A stretch of DNA of 12,837 nt from Deltaproteobacteria bacterium (GTDB lineage: Bacteria > Desulfobacterota > Binatia > UBA12015). The translations under genes and the position numbers were made by a program. Positions 1 to 6,482 of the stretch are shown here, piece by piece (the stretch's first letter is position 1; every line of letters starts with the position of its first letter). The notes under the pieces are model-generated. The model saw nothing but the letters and a program-made list of their open reading frames with translations, had not been told where the DNA came from and ran no database searches. The stretch is taken from NCBI GenBank assembly GCA_046583355.1, contig JAYGCM010000080.1, forward strand, positions 1-12,837, in the 5' to 3' direction.

Positions 1-641
1 AAGGCGGCCATCGCGTGCCCGCGGTGATGCGCTGGCCGGGTGTCCTGCCAGCCGGCTCAACCAGCCAACAATTCGTCTCGCACCTCGACTGGCTGCCCAC
101 CCTCGCCGCCGCCGCCGGTATGGTTCCGGGTGCGACCAAGAACCTCGATGGCCGAGACCGCTGGGCCGCGCTGCTTGACGGCACGGCCGGCCGGCCGCGC
201 GGCCATGTGGTTCGTCGCGCCGGCGCCGTCGCCGTGCTCGACGGCGATTGGAAGCTCGTGCGTGAGACCGCTGGCGGCAGCTTCGAGCTCTACGATGTCT
301 ACAGCGATCCGACGGAGACCACGGATCTTGCCGCAGCCAATCCCGATACCGTCACAGAGCTCGCGACCTATATCGACCTGATCCTCACCTGCGGCGACGG
401 CATCCTCGACAGCGGCGAAGAATGCGACGAGGCGACCGCCAACGGCACATCGGCCTCCTGCTGCGACAATTTCTGTCAGTTCGAATCTGACGGCACCATT
501 TGCTCCGACGCCGAAGCCTGCACCCGAACCGATAGCTGCACAAGCGGTATCTGTGTCCCCGGCCCTTGCGCTACGGCAGAAGCCTGCACGATCTGCGGCG
601 GCACCTGCAGCGACGTCGCCGGGTGTGATTGCACGTTCTGA
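1..641 (+). CDS. Sulfatase-family hydrolase (arylsulfatase-like), 5'-truncated, with C-terminal cysteine-rich repeats
   Basis: The frame is open from the window edge: codons from nt 3 read GGHRVP, matching the sulfatase EGGxRVP motif. It continues with RWPG, SHLDWLPTL, LDGRD, WKLV and ELYDVYSDPTETTDLA, all typical of the sulfatase C-terminal half. Cys-rich tail from nt 390; TGA at 639-641. Confidence 0.9.
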   Translation, partial: GGHRVPAVMRWPGVLPAGSTSQQFVSHLDWLPTLAAAAGMVPGATKNLDGRDRWAALLDGTAGRPRGHVVRRAGAVAVLDGDWKLVRETAGGSFELYDVYSDPTETTDLAAANPDTVTELATYIDLILTCGDGILDSGEECDEATANGTSASCCDNFCQFESDGTICSDAEACTRTDSCTSGICVPGPCATAEACTICGGTCSDVAGCDCTF

Positions 642-672
642 CGCGATCCTCAGACGACTGAGGCGACGACTG

Positions 673-736
673 GGGGGACGTTTATTACCTCGCCTCGATT
701 TCCTTACCTCGGGTTGAGGGGGACGTTTCTTACCTC
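673..736. repeat. Two 19-nt direct repeats GGGGGACGTTT(A/C)TTACCTC with a partial third copy
   Basis: 673-691 GGGGGACGTTTATTACCTC and 718-736 GGGGGACGTTTCTTACCTC differ at one position. The TTACCTC core also occurs at 704-710. Confidence 0.8.
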
Positions 737-2525
737 AGGTCCCCTTCGGCCGGGACTCGATAGCCGCCGGCGCAGCGAAGGCGGCACGGAGCCGCTCTGC
801 TGTAAATTTGAGTTTGCGCGCCGACGTATAAAGGCCGTTCTGCTCCTGCTCGATATCGGTGAGTTGGGTGTAGCAAAAACCCGCCACGCGGGGGTTCTCA
901 GTCAGGACCTTCGTCAAAGCGACAATCCGGGCGAGCGCCTCGTCAGTCGTGCCTGGCCGCTCGCCATAGCCCCAACTCGCATCCTGAGCCGCGTCTTCCT
1001 TCCACCAGGTGCCACCATATTCATCCACGATATAGGGTTCACCGGCGTAGGGCGCGCCCGCTTCACCGCCGAATTGCTCGCGCGCCGCAGCTACATCGCA
1101 GGGAGCGTCGGCATAAGTCGCGCGGAAGCGGCCGGCATCCTGCTCGTAGTCGTGCACGCTGTAGATATCGGTCCGGATATGGGTCCAGCCGCTCGCATCA
1201 TGAACCGGCCGGGTCGGGTCGAGAGCCTTGGTCAGGGCGTAGACCTTGCGCATCGTCCGGTCGTAAAGCGCCTCGCGGCCCTTTCTGCGAATTGCCTCAT
1301 TGAAGGGTGTCCAGAGGATAATCGAGGGATGGTTGCGGTCGCGTTCAACGACCTCGCACCATTCGCGAAGATGGTTGTCGAGGGCACGCTCCTGATGGAT
1401 GGCATCCTCGCGGGGCGGGAAGAAGTTCATCCCCTCAAGTCCCCAATCGGGAAATTCTCCCCAGGTCAGATAACCAAGACGATCCGCCCAATAATGGAAG
1501 CGTTCTTCGAAAACCTTCTGGTGCAGGCGCGCGCCATGGAAGCCCAGCGCCTGCGCCCGCTCGATATCGGCACGCAAATCTCCATCCGACGGGGCGGTCC
1601 AAAGCCCGTCCGGGTAGAAGCCCTGGTCCAGGACCAGGCGCAGAAAAAGAGGCTCGCCGTTCAAGAGGAAGCGGTCACCCTCGATGGAAAATTGCCGCAA
1701 GCCGGCATAGGTCTCGACGGTATCGACCACCTCGCCATCACGAAGCAATTCCAGACATAGATCGTAGAGATGCGGGTCCGCAGGAGACCACGCGCGTGGC
1801 GCGGGCAACTCGATCACCATCGGCAGACCATCGCCCGCGACGCCCTCGACCCGAGCCACCTCTTCGCCACCGGAAGATACGCGGCAACGAATCCGGTGCG
1901 GCGTATCCAAGCCAAGATAGCGCGGCAGGAGGACGAACCGTCCCCCGGGCCAATCCGGCAGAATCTGCACCGCATCCAAGCGCGCCGCCGGCACCGCCTC
2001 AAGCCAGACACTCTGCCAGATACCGGTCGTCCGCGTGTAGCTCGCAGCAAAGGAGGGATGAAGAAGGCTCTGCTTGCCCGCTGGCTGAAGTCCGGATCGG
2101 AGATCGTCTTCGGCTCGGACGACGAGATGATTGGCCGCGCCCAGCGCGTCCGTGATATCCATGCAGAACGAGACGCTGCCACCACGATGCTGGCCGACCT
2201 CGATGCCATTCAGCCAAACGCGGCACGACCAATCGACCGCACCGAAATGGAGAAGCACCCGCTGCCCCTGCCACGCAGCCGGCACCTCGATCTCGCGGTG
2301 GTACCAGACGACCTTCATGAAATCGGTTTCGCCGACCCCCGAGAGCGCACTCTCCGGACAGAAGGGCACCTGGATACGACCGTCGATCTGCTCGTGCGCC
2401 ATCGGCCAGCCGCGATCGAGGCCCGAATTGCCCGCATCGATCTTGAACCCCCACGCGCCATTCAAGCTCCGCCACGCGGGGCGAAAGAATTGGGGCCGGG
2501 GATGCTCGGGCCGGGGAATGCTCAT
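735..2525 (-). CDS. Glycoside hydrolase family 2 (beta-galactosidase/beta-glucuronidase-like)
   Basis: 596 aa. Motifs PRPEHPRPQF, LNGAWGF, VPFCPES, LLHFGAVDW, TTGIWQSVWLE, WSPADPHLY, VLDQGFYPDG, RDRNHPSIILWTPFNE (acid/base Glu) and YIVDEYGG (nucleophile Glu). No signal peptide. The ATG overlaps the DoxX stop (ATGA). Confidence 0.93.
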   Translation of the reverse strand: MSIPRPEHPRPQFFRPAWRSLNGAWGFKIDAGNSGLDRGWPMAHEQIDGRIQVPFCPESALSGVGETDFMKVVWYHREIEVPAAWQGQRVLLHFGAVDWSCRVWLNGIEVGQHRGGSVSFCMDITDALGAANHLVVRAEDDLRSGLQPAGKQSLLHPSFAASYTRTTGIWQSVWLEAVPAARLDAVQILPDWPGGRFVLLPRYLGLDTPHRIRCRVSSGGEEVARVEGVAGDGLPMVIELPAPRAWSPADPHLYDLCLELLRDGEVVDTVETYAGLRQFSIEGDRFLLNGEPLFLRLVLDQGFYPDGLWTAPSDGDLRADIERAQALGFHGARLHQKVFEERFHYWADRLGYLTWGEFPDWGLEGMNFFPPREDAIHQERALDNHLREWCEVVERDRNHPSIILWTPFNEAIRRKGREALYDRTMRKVYALTKALDPTRPVHDASGWTHIRTDIYSVHDYEQDAGRFRATYADAPCDVAAAREQFGGEAGAPYAGEPYIVDEYGGTWWKEDAAQDASWGYGERPGTTDEALARIVALTKVLTENPRVAGFCYTQLTDIEQEQNGLYTSARKLKFTAERLRAAFAAPAAIESRPKGT

Positions 2526-2914
2526 CCCGAGGTGATTTTATCGCGCGAATCGATGGCCCAGACCCAATCGTCAACCGATGCGATCAGAAGAAAGGCCCAA
2601 GCGTAGACCGCGGCGAGCTCGCCGTGATTCTCGATCGGCAAGAATGCCATCTTCTGATGCACGGCGAAGTACGCGACCGCCATCAGGCCACTGCAAAGAA
2701 ACGCCGCAAGGCGGGTCTTGAACCCGACGGCAACCATCACACCGCCGACCAGCTCGAGCCCGCCGATCAGATAGCGCGCGACTTCGGGCATTTCGCCGGG
2801 GGGGCCCCCGAAGAGCAAGAAGACCTTTTGCAGACCGTGTGCGGCGAAGAGCAGGCCAAAGGCGATGCGAGTCGCGGCAAATATCTGGGGACGATAGGTA
2901 TCGAGAATTTTCAC
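2522..2914 (-). CDS. DoxX family membrane protein
   Basis: 130 aa with about 4 hydrophobic segments. Motifs RIAFGLLFAAHGLQK, ELVGG..VAVGFKTRLAAFL.SG.MAVAYF..H and NHGELA. GTG start preceded by GGGAGAG (2925-2919). Confidence 0.92.
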   Translation of the reverse strand: MKILDTYRPQIFAATRIAFGLLFAAHGLQKVFLLFGGPPGEMPEVARYLIGGLELVGGVMVAVGFKTRLAAFLCSGLMAVAYFAVHQKMAFLPIENHGELAAVYAWAFLLIASVDDWVWAIDSRDKITSG

Positions 2915-3088
2915 GATTCTCTCCCTATCAGGCTACCGAACCACCGGAAAGTCCCGACATCCTCAGCGCCCTGCACGACCACTCAATCCGGGTGGAACAC
3001 CCTTTCTCGTCTTGATTCTTGAGGCTCCCGCGAGATCAGAGCCCGATTGGTCCGCAACGCGTCGGTGCTCGTATCGGCCGGCCCGAAC

Positions 3089-4147
3089 TCAACTCGGGAA
3101 AGGCCGGACGCGCTCGGCCAGTCGGTTGGTCGCGAGCAGGTTCGCGAGTTCGTCGGCGAGTGCGCCGGCACGATCCATGACCGTGCGCCAGACGTCGAGG
3201 CGCTGCGCGGTCGGCATGGTTTGGAAATCCGTGCGGTCCGGGACCCGGGCGAAGGGCAAAGAGGCGACGAATTCTGCTGACGGCGCAATCTGCACGACGT
3301 CGTCGAGATCTGCTGCCGATGGCTTGCGCCAAGTCAGAGCCTTGTCGAACCAGCCGGGGATGATGCGCTCGAAGAAATGCGGGTAGAGCGCCAGACCCGG
3401 CGGACGCGCGAAGGCGAAGTCAAAATGATAGTCGACGATACCGCCGTCGCGGTAGATGCCGGGGGCCGCGCCGGGGATATCCCGCACGCCGACGATCAAC
3501 ATCGGCACGGCGCCGGTTGCGAGGATCGCTGGGCCGAGGGACTCCTCACGCAGCGGCACATGCGCCGTCGCGAAGCCGTCGAAACCGAAGGCGGGATCGC
3601 CGGTATGGAAGATCACCCGCTCAAAGAACGCGGCCAGGCCAGAGCGCGAAATGGCATTGACGAGCGCGGCACCACCAAGACCAAGAAGCAGCGGTACACG
3701 ACTCTCGGACGCGACCAACGTCCGAGAACGCACCGTCGCGACATGCGTCCGGATGAGTGGATTGGCGAGGATCTCACGCTGACCGGAATCGCCGAAAAGC
3801 GCGCGCAGGACCTTGGCGCTCTCGACGGCAACCTCGGCAGCCGTCGGCTTGGTCTCATAGACCTGCGCCGTATATGCCTCCTCGAAACGATCGAGGGCGG
3901 CGAGCGGATCGGCCTGAGCGAAGCAGGCGTGGCGCCACGCACCGATCGAAGAACCGAGAAGATGGATGGGCTCCTGCCGGTCGCGCAAAAGGTGTTCATG
4001 AAGGACGCGATCCATCGCTCCGAGCACCAGCCATTTCGGGCCACCGGAGGCCCCGATCAGCGAGGTGAAATCATCGCGTCGGAAGCCGAATTCTTCGAGG
4101 TGGCGGCGCGCACGCGCACCGGCGCGCAGGATCAGACCATCGGGCAT
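3089..4147 (-). CDS. Patatin-like phospholipase family protein
   Basis: 352 aa. Gly-rich GASGGPKW loop, nucleophile motif GSSIG and catalytic Asp motif DGG (YRDGGIVDYH). Confidence 0.85.
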   Translation of the reverse strand: MPDGLILRAGARARRHLEEFGFRRDDFTSLIGASGGPKWLVLGAMDRVLHEHLLRDRQEPIHLLGSSIGAWRHACFAQADPLAALDRFEEAYTAQVYETKPTAAEVAVESAKVLRALFGDSGQREILANPLIRTHVATVRSRTLVASESRVPLLLGLGGAALVNAISRSGLAAFFERVIFHTGDPAFGFDGFATAHVPLREESLGPAILATGAVPMLIVGVRDIPGAAPGIYRDGGIVDYHFDFAFARPPGLALYPHFFERIIPGWFDKALTWRKPSAADLDDVVQIAPSAEFVASLPFARVPDRTDFQTMPTAQRLDVWRTVMDRAGALADELANLLATNRLAERVRPFPS

Positions 4148-4241
4148 CTAGCGAGGTTAGCGAAGAGAGAGGCTCCCCCGCCAGCCAGCGGCGGCGCAGG
4201 GCCAGCCCCCGATACGAAAGGCCCGCGCCGCGCTCGGCCAA

Positions 4242-5255
4242 TCAGCTGCCCTTCAACTCCGCAATGATATCCGCCCAATGCTGCGGGTCCGGCGCGCGAT
4301 TATTGGTCAGGCTGATGCCGTCGGCGATGTCCGCGTAGCGGGCCTTCAGCTTGGCGGCGATCTCGCAGCGATGGCCGATGATACAGACCTCTTCGAGGAA
4401 CGAATCAGGAATTCGATCGGCCATCTCGTCCCAGCGGCCCTGCTTCGACAGCGCGTTCAACTCGCCGTGCAGCTCACCGAGGCCCTCGGCTTCGAGCGTA
4501 TAGCGGTAGGCCGGCGTCGAGCCGTAGAAGGCAAGTTGCTTTTTCGCCGTGAGGCGGAGGCCGGCAAGCTCTTCTTCCGTATCAGCAGTCACCACCATTG
4601 CGCCGCAGATGACATCGATATCCTTGCGCTCGCGCCCCGCCTTCGCGAGGCCCTCCTTGAGCCAGGGCATCCCGTTTTGCAGCAGCGATTTTCGCGTATG
4701 GAAAGGATGCGCGATGAAACCGTCGGCGACCTCGCCCGCCGCGCGTGTCATCCACGGCCCGAAGCCAGCCGTGTAGATCGGCGGCCGTCCGTAGGGATTC
4801 GGGCCCGGATTGAAGGCCGGGATCATCAGCGTATGCTTGTAGAAGCGCCCGCGGAAATCGAGCTCGGCTTTCCCCTCGAAAGCATCGAAGATGGCCTGAA
4901 TGGCCTGCACGATTTCCTTCATGCGCGGTGCGGGGTGGGACCAGGTGGCGCTGAAGCGGTTCTCGATATGCGGCTTGACCTGCGAGCCCAGGCCGAGCAG
5001 GAATCGCCCCTCGCTGATCGTCTGGAGCCCCCAGGCGAGGTTCGCAAGATTCATCGGGTTGCGCGCAAAGGCGATCGCGATCGCCGTGCCGATGGTCAGC
5101 TTCTTCGTCCGGTCGGCAGCCAACGCCAACGGAACGAAGGGGTCGTGCTTCGCTTCGAAGGTGAACGCACCATCGTAGCCGATCTCTTCGAGCCGCGGGA
5201 AAGTCATGGCCGGATCACGCGGATCTTCGAGCGGCGCTGTCGTATAAAGCTTCAT
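4242..5255 (-). CDS. Luciferase-like monooxygenase (LLM) class oxidoreductase, probably F420-dependent (TIGR03617-like)
   Basis: Likely start is ATG 5255 (MKLYTTAP..., 337 aa) with GAGGA just upstream, rather than the 429-aa ORF start. Motifs EEIGYDG..TFEAKHDPF, GTAIAIAFARNPM, SEGRFLLGLGSQVKPHIENRFS, AGEVADGFIAHPF and QLAFYGSTPAYR. Subfamily assigned by recall, not by an HMM run. Confidence 0.88.
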   Translation of the reverse strand: MKLYTTAPLEDPRDPAMTFPRLEEIGYDGAFTFEAKHDPFVPLALAADRTKKLTIGTAIAIAFARNPMNLANLAWGLQTISEGRFLLGLGSQVKPHIENRFSATWSHPAPRMKEIVQAIQAIFDAFEGKAELDFRGRFYKHTLMIPAFNPGPNPYGRPPIYTAGFGPWMTRAAGEVADGFIAHPFHTRKSLLQNGMPWLKEGLAKAGRERKDIDVICGAMVVTADTEEELAGLRLTAKKQLAFYGSTPAYRYTLEAEGLGELHGELNALSKQGRWDEMADRIPDSFLEEVCIIGHRCEIAAKLKARYADIADGISLTNNRAPDPQHWADIIAELKGS

Positions 5256-5653
5256 CAAAAGTCCTCGCTCGCCCGGTCCGGCTCCACCTGGAGTATCGAG
5301 CCGGCTATCCCTCTGTCCTTCATGCCCTGTTCCTTCACGAAGCACGCCTGCCAGCCGCCCTTCTCGTAGGCTTTCTTCGAGCAGGCAACCATTTGCGGCA
5401 CATGCGGAGCGCTCTCCAGACGCGGCGTGGCACCCTCGATCGCTTCGCGCAATTCGACAAGGAGAGGGTTGTCGCGCAGGAAGAGTCGAAAAGTGAGACG
5501 CCCATCCATGTAGTCGCCCCAATCGTACCAATCCACCCCACTCGCCGTCGTCGCATTCGCCGGCCTATTCGCCGCCTCCGCCTACCCGCCAGGCAGAACG
5601 AAGAGGAACGAAGCTGCCCCAATAGCAAGAATTGTTTTACGAATCTTCATCAT
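5255..5653 (-). pseudogene. Small putative secreted protein (132 codons) interrupted by an in-frame TAG at codon 24; pseudogene, sequence error or readthrough
   Basis: AAGGAGGT followed by ATG ATG (5653/5650). Reads MMKIRKTILAIGAASFLFVLPGG*AEAANRPANATTASGVDWYDW..., in frame with the 5255..5536 ORF. TAG at 5584-5582. The final TGA overlaps the LLM ATG (TGATG). Confidence 0.7.
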
Positions 5654-5654
5654 T

Positions 5655-5662
5655 ACCTCCTT
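5655..5662 (-). promoter_or_regulatory. Strong Shine-Dalgarno AAGGAGGT
   Basis: Reverse complement of acctcctt (5655-5662), immediately upstream of ATG ATG at 5653/5650 and just after the tetR stop. Confidence 0.8.
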
Positions 5663-5669
5663 GGATTGA

Positions 5670-6347
5670 CTACCCCGGAATGGCGGCGGTGGACGCCCCC
5701 GCCTCGGGGGCGAAAGTGTTCAGAACATGGATCACGGTCGCGCGGTAGCCTCGCTCGAGATCGGCCGGATCGCGATCGTCGAGAACGAGACCCTTGACCA
5801 GCGTCTCGCGCATAAGACTCCATCCGACATTGGCGGATGCAATAACGGCCGCGAAGAGCTTCGGGTTGAATGCGGGATCGAGCCGACCGTCGCTCGCGGC
5901 CGCCTCGATCGACGCGGCCAGCTGCTCGATGGCGGGATACGCCCGTGGCGCTCCGCCGCCTTCGGACGGATCCTCGAGGATGCGGCGCAGAAGAATGCGC
6001 AGGCCGTTGGCCATGCGCTCATCGCTCATATCGGGCACCGCACGAGCCCAGCCTTCGCCCTGCATCGAGGCGGCGACGGCCTGCCCTTCCTGCAATAGAA
6101 CCTCCCGGAAGAGGCCCTCCTTGCTACCGAAATGACGGAAAATCAGCGCCGGATTGACCCTCGCCTCGGCTGCGATCTGCCGCACGGATGTGCCGGCGGA
6201 ACCGCGCTCGGCGAAAAGCCTGGCGGCCGCCCGAAGCAGTGCGCGCCGCACCTCCTCGCGCCCGCGAGGCTGCCCACTTTCCTTCCCCGTCGGCCGCAGC
6301 GGATCGAGATCCGTGGCCCCTTGGGCTGCCTGTAATCGATTGCTCAC
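5670..6347 (-). CDS. TetR/AcrR family transcriptional regulator
   Basis: N-terminal HTH: RRALLRAAARLFAERGSAGTSVRQIAAEARVNPALIFRHFGSKEGLF. The start (GTG 6347) is uncertain. Stop is TAG at 5672-5670. Confidence 0.93.
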   Translation of the reverse strand: MSNRLQAAQGATDLDPLRPTGKESGQPRGREEVRRALLRAAARLFAERGSAGTSVRQIAAEARVNPALIFRHFGSKEGLFREVLLQEGQAVAASMQGEGWARAVPDMSDERMANGLRILLRRILEDPSEGGGAPRAYPAIEQLAASIEAAASDGRLDPAFNPKLFAAVIASANVGWSLMRETLVKGLVLDDRDPADLERGYRATVIHVLNTFAPEAGASTAAIPG

Positions 6348-6374
6348 ACTCGCATGTGGAACCGATCGATTACG
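6331..6374. promoter_or_regulatory. Two tandem 18-bp imperfect palindromes, putative TetR operators (consensus TGTAATCGATCGATTACA)
   Basis: 6331-6348 TGTAATCGATTGCTCACA and 6357-6374 TGGAACCGATCGATTACG each match the perfect palindrome at 15/18. They lie at the tetR start, in the divergent region. Confidence 0.65.
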
Positions 6375-6482
6375 CCGCGGTCAAGCCCCTATCTCAATAC
6401 GCAGCAAATTCCCGGGAGACGCCGGCTCTTCCCTTCCTTTGCTGGACTCAATATACCAAGAGAAGCTGGAGAAGGAGGAGCC

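Noticed and set aside
673..736. Mini CRISPR array
   Set aside because: Only two 19-nt units, the intervening sequence contains part of the repeat, and there are no cas genes or leader.
714..2606. Long plus-strand ORFs (348 aa, 278 aa) antisense to GH2
   Set aside because: Shadow ORFs expected from GC-rich codon bias; no recognisable motifs, while the opposite strand has a clear GH2.
2915..3088. Possible ncRNA or riboswitch upstream of doxX
   Set aside because: Only a 5-bp GGGTG/CACCC stem; no recognisable riboswitch or terminator motif.
3377..5369. Plus-strand ORFs 3377..4267 and 4278..5369
   Set aside because: Antisense shadows of the patatin and LLM genes, with no domain features.
5256..5531. 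92-aa N-terminal extension of the LLM ORF (429-aa call)
   Set aside because: LLM-like sequence starts at MKLYTT (5255), which has its own RBS. The extension overlaps the small interrupted gene in another frame.
5582..5672. Genome-wide TAG reassignment (alternative genetic code)
   Set aside because: No other internal TAG is needed for any gene here, and tetR ends plausibly at TAG just before the next RBS. TGA dominance is normal for high GC. No pyl genes or suppressor tRNA are in the window.
6354..6482. N-terminal extension of the lipoprotein ORF from 6354
   Set aside because: A strong RBS and the signal peptide place the start at 6483 (or 6501). The extension runs through the operator region.
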